DNA from: an uncultured delta proteobacterium
GTDB lineage: Bacteria; Myxococcota_A; Polyangia; Fen-1088
DNA: 64,000 nucleotides
Assembly (NCBI GenBank): GCA_963796685.1
Contig: CAWCMR010000005.1
Coordinates: forward strand, 64,001 to 128,000
Direction: 5' to 3'
Both the position numbers and the translations under genes were made by a program. Positions 39,850-48,222 of the stretch are shown here, one piece after another. The notes beneath the pieces are model-generated. The model made no database searches and was not told the DNA's origin. It saw nothing but the letters and a program-made list of their open reading frames with translations. How positions within the stretch are numbered: the stretch's first letter is position 1; every line of letters begins with the position of its first letter.

Positions 39850-40728
39850 ATGCCCAATCGCATTGCTTCGCTGCAGTTCCTTGCGGGCGCGTTGGTTTGC
39901 CTGGCCGCCGTCTTGGGGGCCTGCAAGAAGGCGGATGTCGCACCCGGTGACGCGGGCGCGGCCGACCGCCATGTCACGGCCAGCAGCGGAGGCAGCGGAG
40001 GCCAAAACACGGTCGGTGAGGGCGGCAGCGGTGGGCAGGCCACGGGAGGCGGCGGCGATCAAGGCGGCAGCGGCGGCGGCGGCGCAGACGAGGGTGGGAG
40101 CGGCGGCGGCGGAGCGGGCGGAACCTCGAGCCAGGGAGGCAAGAGCGGTCGCGATGCCTCGATGGGCGGCGCGGCCGGCAAGGATGCCAGCCGCGAGGCT
40201 TCGCCGGCCATCGACGGCGGCCCGGTCAGCTGCGACGACATCACCAGTCCAGGCCGCCTGGCGGTCTACTACTACTGCGACAGCGCGGCCTCCGGCTCGT
40301 CCATCCAAATCCACCTCGATCTCGTCAACTACACCGCCTTCAGCTCGAAGCTGTCGCAGGTGACGGTGCGCTACTGGTTCACCGACGAAGTGGCCGCCTC
40401 GCCGAACGTGATGGAGCAGTACTACGTTCCCATCCCCACCACCATGAAGTTCATCACCCTCGATCCGCCCCGGGCCGGCGCGGACACCGTGCTCGAGATG
40501 TCCTATTCGCCCTCTCCCGACGCGGGCACGTCCTGGGTGGAGACGCGCGGGTTCAACTTCGCCTTCCACAAGACCAGCTACGACGGCACCTACGACCAGA
40601 CCAACGACTACTCCTACGATCCGACCTTGAAATCGGCCCTCGGCCTCAACCCCAAGATCACCGCCTACGTCAACGGCGTTCTGGCCTGGGGCTGCGAGCC
40701 GGACGTCCTTCCGAATGGTGGCGGGTAA
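39850..40728 (+). CDS. Lipoprotein with Gly-rich linker and CBM3 cellulose-binding module
   Basis: Lipobox LGAC; VTVRYWFT..YDQTNDYSY..KITAYVNGVLAWGCEP. Confidence 0.85.
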   Translation: MPNRIASLQFLAGALVCLAAVLGACKKADVAPGDAGAADRHVTASSGGSGGQNTVGEGGSGGQATGGGGDQGGSGGGGADEGGSGGGGAGGTSSQGGKSGRDASMGGAAGKDASREASPAIDGGPVSCDDITSPGRLAVYYYCDSAASGSSIQIHLDLVNYTAFSSKLSQVTVRYWFTDEVAASPNVMEQYYVPIPTTMKFITLDPPRAGADTVLEMSYSPSPDAGTSWVETRGFNFAFHKTSYDGTYDQTNDYSYDPTLKSALGLNPKITAYVNGVLAWGCEPDVLPNGGG

Positions 40729-40752
40729 CCCGCGGCACCCTGGCAGAAGGTA

Positions 40753-41601
40753 TCAGAGGCTGGGCATCGACAGGGTTCGACGAAGAGCACGCCGCTCGCG
40801 TTTGCGCGCGACCTTGGCGATCCGTCGCTCGAGCTTGGCGGCGGACACGGCCCGACCTGCCAGACCCTCCTGTTCCTCGTGGTGCTCGGAAAAATCGCCG
40901 GGTGAGGTCCCGAGCTCGAAGATCGTGACCTCGCGCTTGCCGCGCTCGCCGACGCGCAAGGGCATCACCGCTGCCCCGATGCCGGCACCCACGTAAACCG
41001 CCCCGGCGTTGTCGTTCGCCCGCCGGCTTCCGTATAGACCGTGCACGTACCTGTGCCCGCCGATCTTGCCCAGGGCTATCTCGTGCAATCCGGCCAGCGT
41101 GATCTGTCCGCCGTGCGTGTGTCCGGACAGCACCAGCGGAATGCCGTGCGGCCACAACATGTCCGCTTCCTCCGCGATGTGCGACAGGGCCAGGGATGGA
41201 AGATCGCGGCGCAGACCAGCCACCGCCTTGTCGCGCCGGGCATGACCCGTATACGCGTCGTCGAGCCCGACGATTTGGATGCGCTGGCTGCGCACCGTGA
41301 TCGTGGTGTTCTGGTTGCGCAAGACCTCGACCCCGCCCCGCTGCAAGGCCAAGCAAACCTCGTCGGCGCCGGCCCAATAGTCGTGGTTGCCCAGCACGGC
41401 GATCACCGGGGCATGAAAGCCCACCATCAGATGGGTCAACTGGTCCAGGTAGAGCTGGCTGTGGCAAACGAAATCCCCGGTGACGAGCACCAGATCGGGG
41501 CTCTCCGCGTTGACCAGCGCCTGCGCCTCGCGCTGAATCGCGAACGGTGTGACCCGACCGACGTGCAGATCGGTCACGTGCGCGATGCGCATCGGATCCA
41601 T
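40753..41601 (-). CDS. Calcineurin-like metallophosphoesterase (YkuE-like)
   Basis: DLH, TGDF, LGNHD and SGHTHGGQ motifs. Confidence 0.9.
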   Translation of the reverse strand: MDPMRIAHVTDLHVGRVTPFAIQREAQALVNAESPDLVLVTGDFVCHSQLYLDQLTHLMVGFHAPVIAVLGNHDYWAGADEVCLALQRGGVEVLRNQNTTITVRSQRIQIVGLDDAYTGHARRDKAVAGLRRDLPSLALSHIAEEADMLWPHGIPLVLSGHTHGGQITLAGLHEIALGKIGGHRYVHGLYGSRRANDNAGAVYVGAGIGAAVMPLRVGERGKREVTIFELGTSPGDFSEHHEEQEGLAGRAVSAAKLERRIAKVARKRERRALRRTLSMPSL

Positions 41602-41816
41602 CCGCCGCACGTAGGCGGCAGGACCGGCGAATCGGCGCAAGGCGACTCGCCCCTGCTTCACCCTCGAAGCCGCCACCGACGATCTCGCCCAGCTTTGACT
41701 CCACGAGAACGGCGGGAACATCATCTACAGAAAGTGTAACTGCCGTCGCCCGGATGTCCAGGCAAGTTGCCGCCATGGCAGACTTGCGACGCGCGGCCCG
41801 CCGCGCCGCACATCCG

Positions 41817-42473
41817 CTACAGCCCGGAATCTACAGACGAATCCAAGGGCGCAGGCTGGGTGCCCCCGTCGAGGACCGGAATCGTGGGGATCGCCTGACG
41901 GCAATCCGCGGGCACGTGACAACTGGCGATGGCGCCGCAAGTCTCGGCAACTTCGGCCAGGCGGCTGGCGAAGGGCTCCGTGGCGACGTACGGACACGAG
42001 GTTGGCCAGGGGATATCGGCCTGGCAGAGCGTGATCACGTCCTCGGGGCTGAGAGACTTGGCCGTATCCTGGCAGATCCCATTCGAGCACGTGTACTGAT
42101 AGGTGGTCGTTCCGAGGGTTGCGTCCCAAGGTGCGCAATCCGCGTCGACGGTGCACGCGACAGGATGGCCGGGCTCGGCCGCGTTCACCTGGATGGGACC
42201 GCTGGACAGGATGAGAACATGGATGGTCAAAATGCGGCTCCAAAGCATGACGAAGGTGTCACCGCTCTGGACGCTGTCGCAGGCCAGCGGTGTGATCCTT
42301 GGATCCTCGGGTGTCAACGTGCAAATGCCCCCCGAGCAATTGGCGTCGAAGACGTAGCCGAGCGTGTCGGTCACCGTCACCGGCGGCGTGCTGCCGCCGG
42401 AGGAGCTGCTGCTACAAGCAAACGCCGATACCAGCAGGATGGCAAGTGCGGATGGTTTCGTGATTGGCGACAT
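41817..42473 (-). CDS. Cys-rich hypothetical lipoprotein
   Basis: Lipobox AFAC followed by a Ser/Gly linker; many Cys. Confidence 0.75.
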   Translation of the reverse strand: MSPITKPSALAILLVSAFACSSSSSGGSTPPVTVTDTLGYVFDANCSGGICTLTPEDPRITPLACDSVQSGDTFVMLWSRILTIHVLILSSGPIQVNAAEPGHPVACTVDADCAPWDATLGTTTYQYTCSNGICQDTAKSLSPEDVITLCQADIPWPTSCPYVATEPFASRLAEVAETCGAIASCHVPADCRQAIPTIPVLDGGTQPAPLDSSVDSGL

Positions 42474-42486
42474 GGTCCCTCGTTCG

Positions 42487-43254
42487 CTAGATGAAGTGGG
42501 CGATGGCCGCCGAGAACTCGGACGGCCTTTCCAGATTGCTCAGGTGCCCGGCGCCGGCGATCTCCACCAAGCGCGCGCCGGGAATGGCCCTGGCGAGGTC
42601 CGCCATTTCCGCGGGCGGAGAGATCTTGTCCTCGGTTCCCACCATGACCAAGGTGGGACAGCCGATGGCCGCCAGCTCGGCCCGACGATCGGGCCGGTCG
42701 CGCAAGGCTCGGATGCCGGCCGAGACGCCCTCCGGGCTCTGCTTGCCGAGGCCACGCACGTGTTCGCGTACCGCCTCGCTGGCCGCGGGCGAAAGCAGCG
42801 CCGCGAGCTGACGTTCGACCAGCGCGGGTACGCCTTCTCGCGCCACCAAAGCCAGCGCGTCCGCGCGCCCAGCCCTTGCCACGTCCGAATCGGCGGCGGC
42901 GCGCGTATCGGCGAGAATCAGGCGTTCGAGGCGCGCCGGATGGCGAGCGGCGAAGGCCAGCGAAACGTAGCCGCCCATGGATAAGCCGCCCACGCTGGCG
43001 CGCCGGATACCCAGGCTGTCGAGCAATGCCGCAACATCGTCGGCCATGTCGGCAATGGAAGGATCGCCGCCGCCCAGGTCGGAGGCCCCGAAACCGCGCA
43101 TGTCGGGCACGAGCACGCGGCAGCGATCGGCCAGGGACCGCGCCGTGGACGCCCACATCCTTCCGTCCAGGGGAAAGGCGTGAACGAGCACGAGCGGCTC
43201 TCCATCGCCGAACGATTCATAGGCCAGCGCCCGATCGCCGATGCGCGCTTTCAT
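42487..43254 (-). CDS. Alpha/beta fold hydrolase
   Basis: HAFP, PDMRGFG, GLSMGG nucleophile elbow, EDK and AGHLSNLE. Confidence 0.9.
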   Translation of the reverse strand: MKARIGDRALAYESFGDGEPLVLVHAFPLDGRMWASTARSLADRCRVLVPDMRGFGASDLGGGDPSIADMADDVAALLDSLGIRRASVGGLSMGGYVSLAFAARHPARLERLILADTRAAADSDVARAGRADALALVAREGVPALVERQLAALLSPAASEAVREHVRGLGKQSPEGVSAGIRALRDRPDRRAELAAIGCPTLVMVGTEDKISPPAEMADLARAIPGARLVEIAGAGHLSNLERPSEFSAAIAHFI

Positions 43255-43328
43255 GGGCCCGACGTTAGCACGGAGTTTGAAAGCGCGGAAACTTGCGTCT
43301 TCTCGCCATCGGCCGGACGATCCGAGGC

Positions 43329-44237
43329 ATGGGCCTGTCCGTGGATCTGGCGATTCAGCAATTCCTCGACCATCTTCGGGTCGAGCGCGAGCTGTCCGTC
43401 GCGACCCTGGTGGCCTATGGCCACGACCTGGCGGCGCTGGCACGCTTTCTCGTCGGTCGCGGCGTCGAGGACGCGTGCGCCGTGCGCCCGGTCGATGTCC
43501 TTGAATACCTGGCCGCGCTCACCGAGCAGGGGCTCTCCGCGCGCTCGCAAGCACGGACCCTGGTGGCGCAACGTCAGTTCTTCAAGTTCCTGCGCAGCGA
43601 GCGCATTTGCGACGCCAACCCCACCGAGGAAATCGACCTGCCCCACTTCGGACGCAAGCTGCCGGTCTTCCTCAGCTTGGACGAGGTAGACCGCCTGTTG
43701 GCCGCGCCAGGGCGAGGCACGCCGCGCAGAATGCGTGATTCGGCCATGCTGGAGACCCTCTACGCGGCCGGCCTGCGGGTGTCGGAGCTGGTCAAGCTGC
43801 GCCTTGGCGACCTCAACCTCGAAGCAGGGTACCTGGTGGCATTCGGCAAGGGCAAGAAGCAGCGAATCGTCCCCCTAGGCGAGGCCGCGGTCGACATCCT
43901 GCGTTCGTACGTGCAATCGGCACGACCGGAGTTTCTCAAGGACACGAGTCGTCCCACCGAGGACGCGGTCTTTCTCACGCGCTTCGGAGGGCGTATGACC
44001 CGGCAGGCCTTTTGGAAAATCCTGGCCGCCCACGCGCGAGCCGCCGGCATCGACAGGCCGATCTCGCCACACAAGCTGCGTCATTCCTTCGCCACCCACC
44101 TCGTCGAACGGGGAGCCGACTTGCGCTCGGTGCAGGCCATGCTCGGCCATGCCGACATCGGCACAACGGAGATCTACACCCACCTATCGCGCGCCCACCT
44201 GCGCAACGTCTACGACAAGTTCCACCCCAGGGCGTAG
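43329..44237 (+). CDS. xerD: Site-specific tyrosine recombinase XerD
   Basis: GLRVSEL, GKGKKQR, HKLRHSFATH, LGHADIGTTEIY and C-terminal HPRA. Confidence 0.9.
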   Translation: MGLSVDLAIQQFLDHLRVERELSVATLVAYGHDLAALARFLVGRGVEDACAVRPVDVLEYLAALTEQGLSARSQARTLVAQRQFFKFLRSERICDANPTEEIDLPHFGRKLPVFLSLDEVDRLLAAPGRGTPRRMRDSAMLETLYAAGLRVSELVKLRLGDLNLEAGYLVAFGKGKKQRIVPLGEAAVDILRSYVQSARPEFLKDTSRPTEDAVFLTRFGGRMTRQAFWKILAAHARAAGIDRPISPHKLRHSFATHLVERGADLRSVQAMLGHADIGTTEIYTHLSRAHLRNVYDKFHPRA

Positions 44238-44289
44238 GCCCAGCGCCCGCCCAGCGAGGCCAGTGCGCGGGAGGGCATTGGAACACTCC

Positions 44290-44702
44290 CAGGGCAAGGC
44301 CCGGGACGGATAACGTCTCCGGGACGGATAACGTCTGACGGATAGCGTCTAAGGAAGCCAGGAAAGCAGGAAGACAGAGAGTAAGCAGTACTCCCAACAG
44401 GACAAGCAGATGGGACTCGAGCATGAGGAGCTAACCCGAAGTTCCCCGCGAAGAGAAGGCAACTGCGGAATTACTGATTCCTGGAGTCGGTCTGCGAGAA
44501 CGCCCTCGCCCTCGAGCTTGCGGCTCCGATCGAGACTCTCGAGGATGTCCACTTCGCGGTCGTTCGCTCCTGGGCTAGATCCGGGCCACCGGCCCTGAGC
44601 ACGGGCTGATCTTGACCTTCGCCGAGCCAACGCTCGAAATCAAGCGCGTCACTGCCTCCCAACGGCCATACCACCCATTCCTGGCTTCCTGGCTTCCTTA
44701 GA
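44290..44702 (+). mobile_element. Decayed GxxExxY cassette with 25-bp terminal inverted repeats (MITE-like), copy 2
   Basis: TCTAAGGAAGCCAGGAAAGCAGGAA (44348-44372) and TTCCTGGCTTCCTGGCTTCCTTAGA (44678-44702); fragments MGLEHEELT, FLESVCENALALEL, EDVHFAVVRS, HGLILTFAEPTLEIKRV. Confidence 0.75.
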
Positions 44703-44800
44703 GGAACACCCCAGGGAGAGGAACACCCCAGGGTTCCCATGATCCCTGTGGCGGAGCCGCGCATAGCGCGGGGGTGGCAGGGCGGGAGGCAGGTGCCGAG

Positions 44801-45125
44801 CCTTCGAGGGTTCCCATCTATCGCGTTGGCGGAGCCGGGCTTTGCCCACCGACTGCGTCGGTGCTTCGGGACCTACACCTCCACGCCCTCCCCCTCGCGT
44901 CCTTCGGACGCGCCCCTCGCGCCTCCGCCATAGCGCGGGAGGGTTTGGGAACCCTTCGAGGGTTCCCATCCATCGCGTTGGCGGAGCCGGGCTTTGCCCA
45001 CCGACTGCGTCGGTGCTTCGGGACCTACACCTCCACGCCCTCCCCCTCGCGTCCTTCGGACGCGCCCCTCGCGCCTCCGCCATAGCGCGGGAGGGTTTGG
45101 GAACCCTTCGAGGGTTCCCATCCAT
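44801..45125. repeat. Tandem 152-bp REP-like palindromic repeat (2 copies plus a partial)
   Basis: Units start at 44801, 44953 and 45105; contain the GGGAACCCTTCGAGGGTTCCC hairpin. Confidence 0.9.
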
Positions 45126-45197
45126 GTCGATTGACCATCTCGGACCCCGTCGGCTATACCCCAGGGTTCGTGTTGCGGCCATGCCGCGGAGACAGCT

Positions 45198-45875
45198 TTG
45201 AACATCGGAGCCGACCAAATTCAGCGCGCGATCCTCTATCTGATCGCGTTCATCCTCAGTATCGCCGTCCACGAGTACGGCCATGCCTGGATGGCGAACC
45301 GCCTGGGCGATCCCACGCCGCGCATGCAAGGACGCCTGACCCTGGCGCCACAACACCACATCGACCCCATCGGGACCATCTTGATGCCGATCATCATGGC
45401 CATGTCGTCGGTGCCACTGCTGGCATGGGGCCGGCCGGTTCAATACAACCCGGCCGCCTTGACGCGTCGATTCTCGATGAGCACGGGGCGGATGCTGGTC
45501 GCCGTCGCCGGGCCGGCCATGAACCTGGTCATGGCCTTCGCGGTGTCGATCGTGATCGTCGTGGCGGCCAAGCTGCACGTGCCCGCCCGCTTGCTCAACA
45601 CGCTGTTTCACTACCTGGTCTATCTCAACATCTCGCTCATGATCTTCAATCTGATTCCCATCCCCCCGCTCGACGGTGGCGCCGTCCTGGCCTGGGTGCT
45701 CCCCCGTTCCATGCACAACGTGGTGGACTTCCTGTCGCGCTACGGAGGGTTCATCTTGCTGCTCATGGTGATCAGCCCCTCGATGGGCCTGCCGCTCATG
45801 GGCGTCATCGGCTATCCCATCGACCTCATCACCTCGTACTGGGTTGCCGGCCTCAGCATGGTGATGGGCTCATGA
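45198..45875 (+). CDS. Site-2 protease (M50) family protein
   Basis: HEYGH, GDPTP..GRLTL, AGPAMN and FNLIPIPPLDGG. Confidence 0.92.
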   Translation: MNIGADQIQRAILYLIAFILSIAVHEYGHAWMANRLGDPTPRMQGRLTLAPQHHIDPIGTILMPIIMAMSSVPLLAWGRPVQYNPAALTRRFSMSTGRMLVAVAGPAMNLVMAFAVSIVIVVAAKLHVPARLLNTLFHYLVYLNISLMIFNLIPIPPLDGGAVLAWVLPRSMHNVVDFLSRYGGFILLLMVISPSMGLPLMGVIGYPIDLITSYWVAGLSMVMGS

Positions 45876-46927
45876 GCCAAGAGCGCCCTCCCTCGCCGCC
45901 GAACCCCATGCCGTCGGCTTTGCCGAACGACGCGCAGGGCAACGCAGCCTACCGCGTGACCTTGCCCGAGTTCGAGGGCCCTCTCGATCTGCTGCTCCAC
46001 CTGTGCCAGACCCACGAGCTCGACATCCTCAACATCTCCATCGCCTTCATCGCCGAGAAATACATCGAGTACCTCGAGGTGATGCAGAACATGTCGGTCG
46101 AGGTGGCGGCCGACTACCTGGTCATGGCCGCGCACCTGGCCTACCTGAAATCGCGCGAGCTCGTGCCGTCGCCCGAGCCGCTGGAAGCCAGCGAGGAGGG
46201 TGAGGATCCCATCGATCCGCGCGAAGAGCTGATCCGGCGCTTGCTCCAGTACCAGAAATACAAGCATGCGGCCGAAAACCTGGGCAACCGGCCCATCGAG
46301 GGCCGCAACGTCTTCGTGCGTGGCGCGGTCCTCGACCCCGGAGCCGAGGCGGGCTTGGCCGAGCACTCGGTGTGGAAGCTCCTCGAGCACTGGGCGCAGA
46401 TCCTGGAGAAGGCCAAGCCCCAGTACACCCACGACGTGGTCGTCGATCGCATGTCGATCACCGACCGTATCAACCAGATCGTGGATCTGCTCGAGACCGG
46501 CGAGGGCATGGTCCGTTTCGAGGATCTGCTCGGCAAGGACTTGCCCGAGGCCGAGTTGCGCCACAAGGTCGTGGTGTCCCTGCTCGCGGTGCTCGAGCTG
46601 GCGCGTCTGCGCGTGGTTCGCATCCTGCAACAAGCAGATACGGGCAGCTTCTTCCTGGCCCAGGCCGAAGGCGCCAACCTGGCCGACGCGCGCAACCTGA
46701 ACGTCACGTCGGCGAAGGAAGACGACCTCCCGCACGTGGAAGTGGCGACGGCACCCACGCCCGTGAAGGACGACCCGGGCGCCGAAAGCGCGAGCCCCGC
46801 GGGCGATACAGCCCAACTTGTACCCAAAGAAGATGTAGTCTCCGCTCCTTTCCCTGCCTCCGCCGAAGGGGGCGAGGAAGTCATCGATGGCCAAACGCAA
46901 GAAGAGCAAAAAGACACCCACGAGTGA
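45872..46927 (+). CDS. scpA: Segregation and condensation protein A
   Basis: FEGPLDLLLHL..AADYLVMAA..LKSR..DPREELIRRL..LAVLELAR. Confidence 0.92.
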   Translation: MSQERPPSPPNPMPSALPNDAQGNAAYRVTLPEFEGPLDLLLHLCQTHELDILNISIAFIAEKYIEYLEVMQNMSVEVAADYLVMAAHLAYLKSRELVPSPEPLEASEEGEDPIDPREELIRRLLQYQKYKHAAENLGNRPIEGRNVFVRGAVLDPGAEAGLAEHSVWKLLEHWAQILEKAKPQYTHDVVVDRMSITDRINQIVDLLETGEGMVRFEDLLGKDLPEAELRHKVVVSLLAVLELARLRVVRILQQADTGSFFLAQAEGANLADARNLNVTSAKEDDLPHVEVATAPTPVKDDPGAESASPAGDTAQLVPKEDVVSAPFPASAEGGEEVIDGQTQEEQKDTHE

Positions 46928-48212
46928 AAAGGTCGCCCAAGCTCCGGCGCCCGAAGCGAACGAGAACGCCGCGTCCCCGGAAACCGCGGCCGAATCGCAG
47001 ACCGTCAATCCGTCGCTGGCGGAAGCGCCGAGCCCTGCCGTCGTGGTCGAGGGGCCTGTCGCGGAAGCCAACACCGACCCGCCCGTTTCCGACGAAGGGG
47101 CCGCCGAAGCGACCGAACCCGCGCCCGCCGAGGCCGCCGAGGGCGAAGCTGCCGACGCAGGGATGGACGCAGGGGGCGACGCAGCCCAATCGGTCTCGCC
47201 CGAGGAAACGGCCGCCCAGGATGGCATGCCCGCGGATGGCATACCCGCGGAGGGCATGCCCGCGGACACCTCGACCATGCCCGCTGGGACCGAGGCCGCC
47301 CTTGCGACGACCGAGACCGTCGAGGGCGAGGAAGCGCCCTCCGAGTCCAAGCTGGAATCGATCGTGGAAAGCCTGCTCTTTGCCTCGGACAAACCGCTCG
47401 GGCTGGCGGAGATTAAGCGGCTCCTCGGCGAACGCGACGGCAAGAAGGTGACGGCGGCGCTGGCGTCCCTCACCGAAAGGCGCAAGGGCACCGGCATCGA
47501 GGTGGCAGCCCTGTCGTCGGGCTGGCACCTGCGCACCAACCCGGAGAATGCGGACTGGGTGTCCAAGTTGCTGGTGGGCCGGCCCGTGCGCCTATCGCGC
47601 GCCACCCTGGAGACCCTGGCCATCGTCGCCTATCGCCAGCCCGTCACGCGCCCCGAGGTCGACGACATTCGCGGCGTGGACTGCGGTCCGGTGCTCAAGA
47701 CCCTGCTCGATCGCGGGCTGGTGCGCATCATCGGCAAGAAGGAAGAGGTGGGCCGCCCCATGCTCTACGGCACCACGCCCGAATTCCTGCGCATCTTCAA
47801 CCTGCGCGACCTCTCCGAGCTGCCGACCCTGCGCGAATTCTACGATCTATCGACCGAGGACCAGTCTCGCGTCGAGGCCGAGCACGGCCCGGGGCCGGAG
47901 CCGCAGTCGCCCAGCGCGACCACGCCGAAGCCCGACGTGGCCTTGACCTCGGTCATGCGCGGCGCCCTCCAGCCCGAGCCGGAGGACACGGATCCCCTCC
48001 TCGACGAGCTCGACGAGGCTTCCCAACTGGCCAAGCAGGCCCTGGGCGGAATCGAGCCAGCCCCGGACGAGGGCGAAGCGAGCGGGGGCGAAGAGGGGGC
48101 GGGTGGTCCCCAAGCTCCCGAAAGGAGAGTCCAGTCCGAAGACCTCAAGTCGGAATCCGACGGCAAGACCGACGAGGCACCACCGTCCTCGCCTCAGCCC
48201 GTGGGTGAATAG
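46887..48212 (+). CDS. scpB: SMC-Scp complex subunit ScpB with acidic N- and C-terminal extensions
   Basis: VESLLFAS..LSRATLETLAIVAYRQPVTR..IRGV..GRPMLYGTT..FL. Confidence 0.92.
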   Translation: MAKRKKSKKTPTSEKVAQAPAPEANENAASPETAAESQTVNPSLAEAPSPAVVVEGPVAEANTDPPVSDEGAAEATEPAPAEAAEGEAADAGMDAGGDAAQSVSPEETAAQDGMPADGIPAEGMPADTSTMPAGTEAALATTETVEGEEAPSESKLESIVESLLFASDKPLGLAEIKRLLGERDGKKVTAALASLTERRKGTGIEVAALSSGWHLRTNPENADWVSKLLVGRPVRLSRATLETLAIVAYRQPVTRPEVDDIRGVDCGPVLKTLLDRGLVRIIGKKEEVGRPMLYGTTPEFLRIFNLRDLSELPTLREFYDLSTEDQSRVEAEHGPGPEPQSPSATTPKPDVALTSVMRGALQPEPEDTDPLLDELDEASQLAKQALGGIEPAPDEGEASGGEEGAGGPQAPERRVQSEDLKSESDGKTDEAPPSSPQPVGE

Positions 48213-48222
48213 GGAATCGACC

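Noticed and set aside
43329-45125. Integron (integrase plus attC-like hairpins)
   Set aside because: The recombinase is a canonical XerD (HPRA end, no IntI-specific insertion) in its usual S2P-scpAB context, and I found no convincing RYYYAAC/GTTRRRY ends on the hairpins.
44649-45205. Several overlapping ORFs over the 152-bp repeats
   Set aside because: They translate palindromic repeat DNA and show no coding signature.
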